A DNA stretch of 50,561 bases from Sanchytrium tribonematis (GCA_018985235.1 JADGIG010000014.1:1-50561); one strand, 5' to 3'. Counted from the stretch's first letter, positions 20,974 to 31,290 are shown. The notes: generated from the letters alone by a model not told the origin. A program made the numbers and translations.

Positions 20974-21972
20974 ATGGATTACGAGCTTTTAGAAGAGCTA
21001 GGCTCGGGATCATTCGGGAAAGTTTTTCGTGCTACCAATAACAATTGTCACTATGCCATTAAAAGAATTAAAAAATCCGCAAATCGAAGATTTATTAAAC
21101 CAGGGACTTCTGTTCAGAATCAAGAACAGGCCATTAAACGAGAAATAGCCATTTTAAAGAAATTGAATAATGATAATTGCATTAAATTAATAGATGCTTT
21201 GGAAGATGGAGTTTACTGGTTTTTAGTTTTTAAAGAATATCAATCAGTGGATCCTGATATGGACCCATTTTTCATTTTTAATAATGTGTTGCTTGGACTC
21301 GAGTATATTCATGCCCACGATATAGTTCACTTGGATGTTAAGCCAGACAATTTGCTATATGATGGGAAACAAGTAATTCTCTGCGACTTTGGGTTGAGTG
21401 TTATGATACCAGCCGAAGTTCGACCAGGTTCAGCACAATGGACCAAAGCAGGAACTTTGGGCTACACTGCACCGGAAAATATTGGAAATGACGAATTGAC
21501 AGACTTAAGTGATCTCTTTCGGGCTAAAATGGCTGATATGTGGGGATTGGGAATGTCTATATACCATTTTGAATATAAGAGACTTCCATTCGATGAACTT
21601 AATTCTTTAGATAGAATTGAGGCATTGAAAAATGAAGACATTATTTTTAAAAACAATTCCAATCTCTCTGCGGTTGTAAAGCACCTGTTGGATCGAAATG
21701 TAAAGGATCGATATGACACGGATAAATGTAGATATCACATTACGCAGCTTAAGGATTGGCCTACATTCAAAAGCAAAGTGGAAAATATTGGTAAACTTTG
21801 TATTGTTGATGATATTGAAATAGAAGGTGCGTTTAAAAGGGTCCATTTTATGGCAACAGTAATTAAAGCCGTTACTAGATTTAAAAGAGGTTCTAGAAGT
21901 AATGCCGATATGTCTACCGAATTAAAAAAAGTGGCAATCGATCAACTCACTGATAGTAGCAACTCCCAGTAA
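20974..21972 (+). CDS. Ser/Thr kinase, CaMKK-like
   Basis: LGSGSFGKV, KREIAILKKL, HLDVKPDNLL, DFG, GTLGYTAPE; basic amphipathic tail ATVIKAVTRFKR resembles a calmodulin-binding segment. Confidence 0.75.
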   Translation: MDYELLEELGSGSFGKVFRATNNNCHYAIKRIKKSANRRFIKPGTSVQNQEQAIKREIAILKKLNNDNCIKLIDALEDGVYWFLVFKEYQSVDPDMDPFFIFNNVLLGLEYIHAHDIVHLDVKPDNLLYDGKQVILCDFGLSVMIPAEVRPGSAQWTKAGTLGYTAPENIGNDELTDLSDLFRAKMADMWGLGMSIYHFEYKRLPFDELNSLDRIEALKNEDIIFKNNSNLSAVVKHLLDRNVKDRYDTDKCRYHITQLKDWPTFKSKVENIGKLCIVDDIEIEGAFKRVHFMATVIKAVTRFKRGSRSNADMSTELKKVAIDQLTDSSNSQ

Positions 21973-22135
21973 ATTTAAATGGTGCGCAATTATCTATTTA
22001 GGAACTACAAAATCTTGTATGACCCAAACGGTCTAAACGTCGACTATCACGATTAGTTTCAGGTTTGTGACGTAAACTTTTATAAGACAAATAAAGACGC
22101 TCTCTACCAAAAGACGTTAAACGACACAATTCTTA

Positions 22136-23497
22136 ATGCGAGAATTAATAGAATTTCTTAATGAATCCAAATTACCACAACCAAAACGAAAAGTTAGCGT
22201 CAGTAAGAAACATAGGCCATTAATGCAAAAAAAGCGAATCAGTATACATGAAAATAATTCGGTCTTAAAAATGCTAAAAACTGAATATAATAATTCAAAA
22301 AAGGTAGTGAGAAGTGCCGGACAAAACACGTTGAATAGAGACAATCGAAACAGCAACGCTCTAAGTTTAACAAGCATGAGTATTTCAAATTTGAGTATGA
22401 TGAGTGACGGATCTATTGATTCATTTATTAGCGATTTAGACGAAGAGGATGAAAAACCAGTCAAGCCTTTGCGTTACAAAAATCAACCTGCACATTATAC
22501 CACCCTCATTCCCACCGAAACTGAAAAGAATGAAGTTACTTCAGAAAATATTAAAAAGACTGATTTAAATAGAGATAATGCTCAAAATGCTGCTGAAAAA
22601 AGGATCTCACCTCCTAGACCACCGAAGCCAATGAGTTCAGAGTTGGCAGAAGTTGCTGATGTGATACATCAGTCAATTGAAACAGATGAAGAAGATATTA
22701 CAGATATAAGCTCTTTAACAAGCTCAAGTGATTCTAGCCAGTCTCTTCCTGCGGCCCATAAGCCTTTGAAAATTGCAATGCCCCTCCCTCAACCATCTCC
22801 CCAACAAAGTGCTGCCCAACAAAAACCATTAAAGTCTGTTACTAAAAGAGTTCAGTTCTCAGATGTAGATGTCATTAAACGCGATACCTCTCTAGAAGAG
22901 CTTGGTACCGTCGACTTAAACGATGATTTGTTGGATATGAAAGATTGGATGACGTCAAGAAGTACACAGACGCAACAGAATACTTGTGAAGAATATACAG
23001 ATTTGTCCAAGGAAGAACTTGTATCCCAATTGACCAAATATAGAGAAGAATGTTTTGCAGCTCAGGAGTCTCTCCATCTTCTAGTTGATGAGAACGGAGA
23101 ATATGCGAAAAAATATGATATCGCTTCTCGTCAAAATGATGAATTATTTATTAAGCATGATCAAGTTATGTCACAATATACTTTACTGAAGTCAGATTAT
23201 AATACAGCCCAAAATACATTAATACAAACAAGACAGCAACTTCAGCAGGCTACAAACAAATCCACTGATTTGGAAAAATTGTCGACTCGCGCTTTGAAAA
23301 AAATCAAAGACTTGGATGGAGAAAACAAGTTTTTGTCCATGCAAGTTGAGTGGCTGAGAAACAAACTTGTCAATCTTAATGTTCAAGATGACGACGACAT
23401 GGATGACTCATCCTATTCATCAAGTACCACGATGTCTAGTTTTGAGAAGCCAGCGATTAGAAGGAAAAGACTGAAAAAAAAAGAGGCATCAGTCTGA
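22136..23497 (+). CDS. Hypothetical protein: disordered Pro/Ser-rich region plus C-terminal coiled coil
   Basis: 453-aa ORF; PPRPPKP, KRVQF (RVxF-like), heptad-rich C-terminus. Confidence 0.7.
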   Translation: MRELIEFLNESKLPQPKRKVSVSKKHRPLMQKKRISIHENNSVLKMLKTEYNNSKKVVRSAGQNTLNRDNRNSNALSLTSMSISNLSMMSDGSIDSFISDLDEEDEKPVKPLRYKNQPAHYTTLIPTETEKNEVTSENIKKTDLNRDNAQNAAEKRISPPRPPKPMSSELAEVADVIHQSIETDEEDITDISSLTSSSDSSQSLPAAHKPLKIAMPLPQPSPQQSAAQQKPLKSVTKRVQFSDVDVIKRDTSLEELGTVDLNDDLLDMKDWMTSRSTQTQQNTCEEYTDLSKEELVSQLTKYREECFAAQESLHLLVDENGEYAKKYDIASRQNDELFIKHDQVMSQYTLLKSDYNTAQNTLIQTRQQLQQATNKSTDLEKLSTRALKKIKDLDGENKFLSMQVEWLRNKLVNLNVQDDDDMDDSSYSSSTTMSSFEKPAIRRKRLKKKEASV

Positions 23498-23536
23498 GGA
23501 TTCTGGCTGGGAAACAGAAATACAAACATAAATTAA

Positions 23537-23962
23537 TCATTTTTTTCTTTCCTTATTCAAAATCTTTAAATCGTCTCTGTGCTTTTTCAGTCTTTTCTCG
23601 ATTGTTTCTTTAGATTCAACTTTTGGTTGGAGATTTTCCCAATAAGCAATTCTTTCCAAAACTTGATCAATACTAACTTTCTCAGGCACATCACTTATTC
23701 CTGCTGCAATTTGATGCATTCTGCTATTTATATGTTCAAGATAAGCATTGGAATCTGAAAAAACCAAATCACAAACTTTACAAACATAACCTGCTTGTTG
23801 AGAAGTATGAATTAGCCTTTTTCCAACTGCATTTTGTAAATTCAAATTTAGTGTAGTAGAAACGCGCTCATTTTTTGGGGTGTATTTCAAGTCAGGCTTC
23901 TTTTTCTTCGCAATTGGAAGTGTATTAACATCGAATTCCCTTCGTTTCATGAACTCATACAT
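23537..23962 (-). CDS. ZMAT2: Snu23/ZMAT2 spliceosomal matrin-type zinc-finger protein (start at 23962 or 23950)
   Basis: GYVCKVCDLVFSDSNAYLEHINSRMHQ..G..EKVSIDQVLERI. Confidence 0.85.
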   Translation of the reverse strand: MYEFMKRREFDVNTLPIAKKKKPDLKYTPKNERVSTTLNLNLQNAVGKRLIHTSQQAGYVCKVCDLVFSDSNAYLEHINSRMHQIAAGISDVPEKVSIDQVLERIAYWENLQPKVESKETIEKRLKKHRDDLKILNKERKK

Positions 23963-24119
23963 TCTCGCAATCGTAATTCCGCTCTTAGCCTTATATTACG
24001 TACATTTAATGTGGGCATCAGACAAGGATTACTTGCTGCTAACTCCAACTGTATTTATGTTGTCTCTTGTGTATTCGATTGCTCAGTGGTGGGCCTTTAA
24101 CAAATTTAGACATAATTGA
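23949..24119 (+). CDS. PIGY: PIG-Y/Eri1-like GPI-GlcNAc transferase subunit, 56 aa
   Basis: Two hydrophobic helices, YLLLTP, and the terminal W...KFRHN* typical of PIG-Y. Confidence 0.75.
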   Translation: MNSYILAIVIPLLALYYVHLMWASDKDYLLLTPTVFMLSLVYSIAQWWAFNKFRHN

Positions 24120-24132
24120 ATGTATATTTACT

Positions 24133-25577
24133 TTACAAGTAATCATTTGAAAACTCTAACTCAGGAAATGAGGCATTTATATCCAGAACTTCTTCCTTTA
24201 TAGGTGAGTCGGTAGATTTTTTCCTCTTGTCCAGAATCGGCGAATCAGCAGATAATTCCTCATTAGAAGTATTTATAAGCGGTGGTATTGGTATAGCGAA
24301 GTAGTGGTTCTCGGAGTACTCCCCGTCAAATTTTTTCATAGTGACGGGTGGAAAAATTAAATCTACAAGATCACCTACATCGCCGTAGGAAGACTTAAAA
24401 TAGCTTTGTTCTAATTTCAAGGTTCCCAGGTGATCTACTACGAATATACGACTGTTAGGAATATCCACGCTTCTGTAAGATATTGCGTCCTATATTAGAT
24501 AAGTAATACAGTGTTTCTATTCCCAAATCCAGCGTAAAAAGGATTTCTAATTTTAAATACTCTCTTGATGTCTTTTAGGCAAGCCATTTTAAAAATTTCT
24601 GGACGCCTTTGTATTATTTCCCTTCGGAAAGCTGCATAAAGACGATCCGGAGATAGAAAAACGGGTCCTTCCGGTAATTTGTACGGTCCTTGCTCCACCT
24701 TCTCTAAATAATTTCTAGTGTAAGGAGCTTGGCCAATGGCTCTGGAAGTGAGATATAACATTTTGTACCCATTTTTATAAATTTTATGATATAGTCCACA
24801 AATACTAGCATGTGTCCAATCCTTTCCAACAAAAGCAAATAAGTGACCCAGAGCATCACTTTTTGTGATTGTTCCATCTATATCACTTATAACAACATTT
24901 ACGTTATGTTCCCATAAATAAATGTTGGCTGTGCACTTTTCTTCTCCATTGATGTAATAAATTAAATCATTTTTGCCTTTTTTCAATTCCAAGGCTTTCA
25001 ATTGTTCGGAAGACATCCTTAGGCTTTTAGGAGAATAACTCATCATAGAAACAGATTGAATTGGCATTAGTTCTGGAGAGCCGGAATTGGATCTTGAAAA
25101 TGTATTTGATGTGGACGGTTCTCGACTGAGTGGATTTTTCAAAGATATTCTATCCTCTTCACTTTTGTACCCTTGCTCATGACGGGTGGATCTAAAATCG
25201 TCCTCTGGTGGAGACTGATAACCTTCTGATCTTGTATCTAAATTTAAATCAATACTTCCTTCGTCAGAAGACATGGCATCTTGGTCAACCTCATCTAAAA
25301 CAAAATAACCTTCACCAACATCACCTACGCGCATCTGAGTGTCAATAATTTTTCCATTCACTTTTAAGTGTACAATTTGGTCTTGAGTTCTCAGTATAGA
25401 CAATTTTCCGAATCTCACGTGAAAAGGCGAACAACTTAAAGATCCGTCCAGGTGTTCGATAACAAGTATATCAATAGCACCGCTTAAAGTTGATGGATTT
25501 ATCTCGGAATATACATCTTTTATCCATGATACAGCACTGCTTGCATTTTTGTAAGCGTAAGAAGAGATTGATTGCAT
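24133..25577 (-). CDS. PAH1: Lipin/Pah1 phosphatidate phosphatase; join(25577..24510,24489..24133), 474 aa
   Basis: INPSTLSGAID, CSPFHVRFGK, DIDGTITKSD, LTSRAIGQA; splicing restores GFGNRNT|DAISYRSV. Confidence 0.95.
24490..24509 (-). other. 20-nt spliceosomal intron (gtattacttatctaatatag), phase 0
   Basis: Removal restores the lipin GNRxTD..SY motif; contains CTAAT with A at -6; in-frame stop if retained. Confidence 0.95.
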
Positions 25578-25729
25578 CTCCGGTTTTAACAATCAATTTA
25601 TGAATTTGTTTTTGAGCTATAAAACCTTCATTAATATTGGAAGTTGATGCAAAGTCGTGGCACTTATATATATATTATATAATAGCAGGTAGTATTATAT
25701 TTCAGTAGGAGAGAGTAAAACTTTTATTT

Positions 25730-26953
25730 ATGAATGAGCCAGAGATATCAATGTCAATTGAGGAGACAAATAAGCTTCGTGCACAGCTTGGTCTGAAGCC
25801 ACTAAAGGAGGAACAGAATCGCAAAGAAGAGCCTACCATACTTGAAAAATCTAATGATCGTATTGAAAACAATTTTTCTACTGAGGATTGGCTTTCAAAA
25901 ATGGCAAAAACATCCAAAAAAGTAGATAATAATTTTGAACTCAATGATCAGTTGGATTACAAGATCGGCCATGATTTCGAAGACTTAAAAACAGGAGAAA
26001 ATATTGTAACCTTGAAAGATTCAGATGAGATGATTTTAGAGGAACAGGGCATAAAAGATCTTGATCATATAAAAAAACAAAAAGATGTTTTTCAAAATTA
26101 TACTGGAACTAGAGACTCTGAAAAAAGTCTGTTGTATCAATATGAAAATCAAACTGGGTTCAGAATCGGTGACCCGGTGAAACGAAAACGCGAAGAACTT
26201 CTTGGAGAAACTGTTTCTACTCAAATTGAAAAGACTGAGCAGTCTGAATTTCGTCCAGTCAAGAAATTTAAAAAGGCAAATATCAGGACAATTGAAAAGG
26301 ATATTGGTGAACAAATAATGAATGAAATTGAAATTAAAAACATAAAGCCAAACATCAATCAAGTAATAGCATCAGTGAGGCCAAATATTGAATTAGATCT
26401 TAATCGACTTAAGGCAAGCAATGATATCACTGTCGAAGGAGAAGAATTTAATGAAGCTACTATTATCACATCTATCGTAAAACCTGAAGAGAAGGAAGAA
26501 AAATGTGAATTTACGGATGCAACAATGGAAGAAGCCGCCGAAGAAGAAATGGATATTGATGACGCACCAAGCGTTGACAATGATTATCTGAACAATATAC
26601 CAAACACAAAATATTTTGATTTGCCAAGTTTTTCTGTTGCACCTTTTCTGCCTCAGATAGTTAAAGTTTTTGATGAAGCACAATTTGATTCAGAAATGAA
26701 GCATATTGATGCAGAGATTGATATTTTAAAGATTAAAAGGAAAAACAGCAAGCGCAAGAAAGACATGAATCCTATTGACAAGAAAATTGATCAACTGGAG
26801 AAACAAAGAGCTTCATTGCTAATTCAGAAAATGAAACATTACAAACCAAATATTGATATCCAATATGTAGATAAAAATAGAGTTCTAACACCTAAGGAAG
26901 CTTTCAAGAAGATTAAATTCTATGGTCAAAAGGTCAAAGCTGCTAATAAATAA
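25730..26953 (+). CDS. SART1: SART1/Snu66 tri-snRNP protein (short, 407 aa)
   Basis: HIND motif SMSIEETNKLRAQLGLKPL, IGHD, VTLKDS, YKPNIDIQYVD..LTPKEAFK. Confidence 0.88.
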   Translation: MNEPEISMSIEETNKLRAQLGLKPLKEEQNRKEEPTILEKSNDRIENNFSTEDWLSKMAKTSKKVDNNFELNDQLDYKIGHDFEDLKTGENIVTLKDSDEMILEEQGIKDLDHIKKQKDVFQNYTGTRDSEKSLLYQYENQTGFRIGDPVKRKREELLGETVSTQIEKTEQSEFRPVKKFKKANIRTIEKDIGEQIMNEIEIKNIKPNINQVIASVRPNIELDLNRLKASNDITVEGEEFNEATIITSIVKPEEKEEKCEFTDATMEEAAEEEMDIDDAPSVDNDYLNNIPNTKYFDLPSFSVAPFLPQIVKVFDEAQFDSEMKHIDAEIDILKIKRKNSKRKKDMNPIDKKIDQLEKQRASLLIQKMKHYKPNIDIQYVDKNRVLTPKEAFKKIKFYGQKVKAANK

Positions 26954-26986
26954 GATTTATTCCTGCCAAGAATTCTCCGTGACACA

Positions 26987-29728
26987 ATGAATTTTTTCGG
27001 AGATGTTGATGATTTGGATCCAGAAATGCAAACTGCACTCAAATCTGATTACGCAAAAAATCTACTTCTTGGTGGAATTGTGGATGATGAGCAGCAATCA
27101 GATCACAACGGATATATGAGCGAAGATGATAAATGGCCTGAATTGCCGAAAATAAAAGTACAAATGGCCGAGGATACCCTGGATATAATGCTTAAAACTA
27201 AATACTATGCCCCACCAGATATCATTGAAACTGAAAAAGAAGAAAAAGAAGATCCCCATCACTCTTTAACGCTAGACGATTTAAAATGGAACATTCAATT
27301 AGATCAATGGGACAAAGCCATTACTTATGATAAATATTCGAAACCTCAACCAACTAATCATTATATGCTGTTATTTCCTATTCCTAATTATCACTTGATA
27401 CACAATATGCAACACCGTTCATCCGATGGCTGCGCGTTACTTTTGGATCAAAATGATCCTTATTTACATGTTGATTATTCGACACTGACACAACCGAAAA
27501 AAGTGGTAACCGTTAATGAAGCACTGTCTACTATAAAGCAAAAGTTCAATGGATTTATGTATCAATTGAATTCTGTAAGACAAACAATGCAATATCAGCT
27601 GAATCACACTGATATAGCCAAAAAACTTTATACTGCCTTTTATCCACTTCATTATACAAAATTCGACCTCAGGCATTACCATAGAGCGCCTTATGCTGCC
27701 AAAACCCATACAATGTTAACCTTTCAAGGACCTCGAAGCATACACAAAAAGAAAATTCAACTTGCAAAGGAAATACTTGCGAGAGATGGCAGAATTGTGT
27801 TGTTAGAATACAGTGAAGAATATCCTTTAATGATGCAAAATGTTGGTATGGTGACTTTATTTCAGAATTTTTATAGAAAGGAAGAAGGGTTTCAACCCCA
27901 CAAACCATACGGATCACTTATCAACCTGGAAGAAAACGAATTGAGCCCTTTATTTGGATTTGGTGATGTCGAAAAGGGTGAGATTGTCTCGTTAATCGTC
28001 AATAATCTGTTTCGAGCACCAATTGTTCAACACGCCCCTAAACAAACAGATTTCTTGTTTATACATTATAATTACAAAAACCAAGACAAGTACTATTTAA
28101 GAGAATTTCCTGATTTATTTGTGGTTGGACAGGCTCTTCCTGCAGATCAGATTCTTCCTCCGCAGAGCAGAAAACATTTGCTGATGCAGAAAAATAGAGT
28201 CAAACAAGCAGCATTTAGACTGATCAAAAAACATCCTAAAAGAGTTCTTCATATTGATAGTTTAAGACATCAACTACCTGGATATTCAGACACAAATTTA
28301 AAAGGTAAGTTACGGGATTTTATGGTTCCAGTGAAAAACAAGAAAAACAATATTTGGGCACTAAAACCTGGTATTGTTATATCTGACGATTTGGATGAAC
28401 TGTGTACACCGGAGCAAGTATGTTTACACCATGCGATGTTGGCGGGAGAGCAGAGACTTAAGGACCTCGGATTTACTTCTATCAGAGATGATGAAAATGA
28501 CCACAATATGGAACTTGAAGAAAAAGTAGCATCTTGGATTTTGTCTAGAAATTTTATTAATGCTGTACAAGGTAAAAACATGCTTCAATTGTATGGTTCT
28601 GGTGATCCCACAGGCGTTGGTTTGGGATTTTCATTCATTAAAACCGCTGCCAAAGATGTATTTTTGCGAGAAAATGAAACAATGGAAGATCGAATGAAAG
28701 AATTATCAAATAGACCAAAGAACGCTCAAAAATTCACCATTGCTGAGCAGCAAAATATTTACAATACAGAGATAATGAAAATTTTTAAGAGGCAAATGGA
28801 AGATCTTTGTAACCCAGTTGATTTTGAATTGGCTGAGGGTGAAAGCGTAACGCAGCAACAACCTCTTTCATTTGTCAAGGAAGATGAAAGCGTTAGCAAT
28901 GTAGTTCGCCAAACAAAGACTCTAGTTATTACGAGAAAAGTCAAAGTTGATGGTGCAGAGGAAATTCGTCAAGAGATTGTCAGAGACCTGCAAGTCATAA
29001 ATCAATATATTGCAATTAAGTCAAAAAACATACCAAAAGATGCCGGCGCTGCCGATGACAAAAGTGAAGTATCAAAAGTTAGAAAATGCCGTGCTTGCGG
29101 TTCAACAACTCATATTAAAACTAGTAAGTTGTGTCCAATGAATAAAAATCACGGGGAGCACTTGGAAAAGGAAAGAAATAGAAAAAGAAAGGCGTCTCAA
29201 GCAGGATCTAGAAACCCACCAGGTAATAGGCTATCAAACAAGGTCAAGTTAAATAATGTACTTGAAAAAATAGTCATGCAAATGACGAGCAATACTGAAT
29301 GCTTTGCATTTAATTACCCAGTTTCTGATGAAATAGCCCCAAATTATTCACAGGAAATAGAGACTCCTATGGATTTTGGTTCCATGTTACAAAAATGTAA
29401 AGATAAGCTATATAACTCAGCTGATGAATTTTTGCAAGACAATGCTTTGATCCGAGACAATTGTGCCAAATATAATGGACCAACAGCAGTTTTTTCCCAA
29501 CTGGCTGCAAAATTTGTGGCTATAGTTGAAAAGAAAGTGAAATCTAGCAAAAGAGTGTTGGAATTGACAGAAAACATGGCAAATTCTATCAACGACGACG
29601 CCAATACTATAGAAGATACTAATACCGAAACTCGTAAATTAGATGCAACACCTGATGGTGCTTTGTCTGACAAATCAAGTGATAGTGGCTTGGAAGATTT
29701 AGAAGCATTACTAAATCAAGATATTTAA
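26987..29728 (+). CDS. TAF1: TFIID subunit TAF1 (DUF3591, zinc knuckle, one bromodomain)
   Basis: LLEYSEEYPLMMQNVGM, NNLFRAP, GSGDPTGVGLGFSF, CRACGSTTHIKTSKLCP, APNYSQEIETPMDF..NCAKYNG. Confidence 0.95.
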   Translation: MNFFGDVDDLDPEMQTALKSDYAKNLLLGGIVDDEQQSDHNGYMSEDDKWPELPKIKVQMAEDTLDIMLKTKYYAPPDIIETEKEEKEDPHHSLTLDDLKWNIQLDQWDKAITYDKYSKPQPTNHYMLLFPIPNYHLIHNMQHRSSDGCALLLDQNDPYLHVDYSTLTQPKKVVTVNEALSTIKQKFNGFMYQLNSVRQTMQYQLNHTDIAKKLYTAFYPLHYTKFDLRHYHRAPYAAKTHTMLTFQGPRSIHKKKIQLAKEILARDGRIVLLEYSEEYPLMMQNVGMVTLFQNFYRKEEGFQPHKPYGSLINLEENELSPLFGFGDVEKGEIVSLIVNNLFRAPIVQHAPKQTDFLFIHYNYKNQDKYYLREFPDLFVVGQALPADQILPPQSRKHLLMQKNRVKQAAFRLIKKHPKRVLHIDSLRHQLPGYSDTNLKGKLRDFMVPVKNKKNNIWALKPGIVISDDLDELCTPEQVCLHHAMLAGEQRLKDLGFTSIRDDENDHNMELEEKVASWILSRNFINAVQGKNMLQLYGSGDPTGVGLGFSFIKTAAKDVFLRENETMEDRMKELSNRPKNAQKFTIAEQQNIYNTEIMKIFKRQMEDLCNPVDFELAEGESVTQQQPLSFVKEDESVSNVVRQTKTLVITRKVKVDGAEEIRQEIVRDLQVINQYIAIKSKNIPKDAGAADDKSEVSKVRKCRACGSTTHIKTSKLCPMNKNHGEHLEKERNRKRKASQAGSRNPPGNRLSNKVKLNNVLEKIVMQMTSNTECFAFNYPVSDEIAPNYSQEIETPMDFGSMLQKCKDKLYNSADEFLQDNALIRDNCAKYNGPTAVFSQLAAKFVAIVEKKVKSSKRVLELTENMANSINDDANTIEDTNTETRKLDATPDGALSDKSSDSGLEDLEALLNQDI

Positions 29729-29732
29729 TAAA

Positions 29733-30164
29733 TTAGGTTGAAAGTTGTTTGGATATGGGACTTCTAGAGTAATCTTGAGGTAAAAAGCCAAACTTATCTC
29801 TTAGAAGCTTAAGATGTGGATATTTCGACACTATTAATGAAATTATTTCCAAATTGTCTTCCATCATTGCCAAATGTAGTATTGTAGATTTGTCAATATC
29901 CAAAGCACAAGACAAGTCTTCAAATTTCAAAAAATAATTCAAGAGATCTAAATTGTTGCACAAAATACTCTCGTGGATGATCGTGCGCTTGGTACCTGAA
30001 CAATACACTAATTTAGGATCGTATTTTAAACAATCAAATAAAAAACGAAAGTGCCGAACATTTCCATTATAAACCAGATTTAAAATGTAAGATTCTTCGC
30101 TTAATAATTCAGGAAAAGTGCTTATATCGTGTTGAAATTTCTCAAATGCCAAGTTGATGTCCAT
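29733..30164 (-). CDS. Small ankyrin-repeat protein (start uncertain: 30164 or 30209)
   Basis: RTIIHES..NLDLLNYFL, STILHLA..NLEIISLIV, RDKFGFLPQD. Confidence 0.75.
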   Translation of the reverse strand: MDINLAFEKFQHDISTFPELLSEESYILNLVYNGNVRHFRFLFDCLKYDPKLVYCSGTKRTIIHESILCNNLDLLNYFLKFEDLSCALDIDKSTILHLAMMEDNLEIISLIVSKYPHLKLLRDKFGFLPQDYSRSPISKQLST

Positions 30165-30339
30165 GGTTTCGGAAATTAAAGACTGTCGAACGATGATCAT
30201 TCGAATCATTCATGTGAAATATAAAAAAATGATAATGGTATTTTACATTGGATAACTCTCTGTGCGAGAGTTCTATCTGAAAATTAATATTTAGCCAATC
30301 ACTTACTGTATGACTCCTTAAAATTCAAGTTTACCCAAA

Positions 30340-31290
30340 ATGACCACAATGGATGATCTTGATATTGACAAAAATAGTATTTATAATCTACTAGCTTGGA
30401 TTTTTTTACCAAATATGATCAGTAAGTTTATTTTATCAATAATTTACAAATTATTTGGGACTGCGGCTCCACAAAAGAAACAGCGCCATCAGAACATGGT
30501 ATATGCCGCGGTTATCTTGTCTTACTTGATTTATTCTGTTGGTACAACATACATCGATCTAGGTGATAATCATTTCAATACATTGGGTTTGACTGCAAGT
30601 GCAACCAATAAAGAGGTATCTTCTGCATACAGAAAATTGTCAGTACAATATCATCCTGATCGAAACGCAAACGCCAACCCTGAAATTTATTTAAAAATGA
30701 ATGCTGCTCATGAAGTTTTAAAAGACGCAAAGAGACGTTTCGTCTACGATAGATATGGCGACCTTAATTCTTGTCAACATTGTAAAACTCAGCATGACTA
30801 CTTTGAAAATTACATGACTTTTAAGTTCACAGTCTTCTATTTTGGTTTCGTCGTTGCAATGGGAGTCTTTATGGGAATTCAAAAGCCATATGCCATGTTT
30901 TGGAGATTTTTTTCTGTTTTAGCAATGGTGACTACGGAATTGATATTCGTGACGAATGGCTCACCTGATTGGTTTTTAGGTGACTTGACAACTGCTCAAA
31001 AGATATCTTTCTTACATTCTTCGTTTGTGTGGATAAGTGTAGCTCTTGGTCACCTAGGCCCCACTTTGGAGTATTTTATCGAAGGACCAAAGTTTATCAG
31101 CAAGCTAGAAGATCGTCTTGACACTATTGAGTCAACTCTAGACACTGCATTGATGGAATCACAGTTTGTTCTAAATTCTAAATTAAAAAACGTTCCTTTG
31201 AGCGAGAAAAAGACTTTAGTTAACGAGATGAACTTAAAATTAAAAGAAGAGCGTGCCTATTATGCGCAACAAGCGCAATATCGTCAATAA
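30340..31290 (+). CDS. Membrane-associated DnaJ-domain protein
   Basis: J-domain with AYRKLSVQYHPD and KRRFVYDRYG, flanked by TM segments. Confidence 0.88.
   Translation: MTTMDDLDIDKNSIYNLLAWIFLPNMISKFILSIIYKLFGTAAPQKKQRHQNMVYAAVILSYLIYSVGTTYIDLGDNHFNTLGLTASATNKEVSSAYRKLSVQYHPDRNANANPEIYLKMNAAHEVLKDAKRRFVYDRYGDLNSCQHCKTQHDYFENYMTFKFTVFYFGFVVAMGVFMGIQKPYAMFWRFFSVLAMVTTELIFVTNGSPDWFLGDLTTAQKISFLHSSFVWISVALGHLGPTLEYFIEGPKFISKLEDRLDTIESTLDTALMESQFVLNSKLKNVPLSEKKTLVNEMNLKLKEERAYYAQQAQYRQ

Noticed and set aside
21982..22001. ATG followed by a 20-nt gtgcgc..tttag intron-like segment
   Set aside because: Has A at -6 but GTG start and C at -8; the spliced frame stops after 7 codons and I could not link it to the 22136 ORF.
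25689..25708. Possible 17- or 20-nt 5' UTR intron before SART1
   Set aside because: Does not fit the YTNAYNNAG consensus and has no coding evidence.
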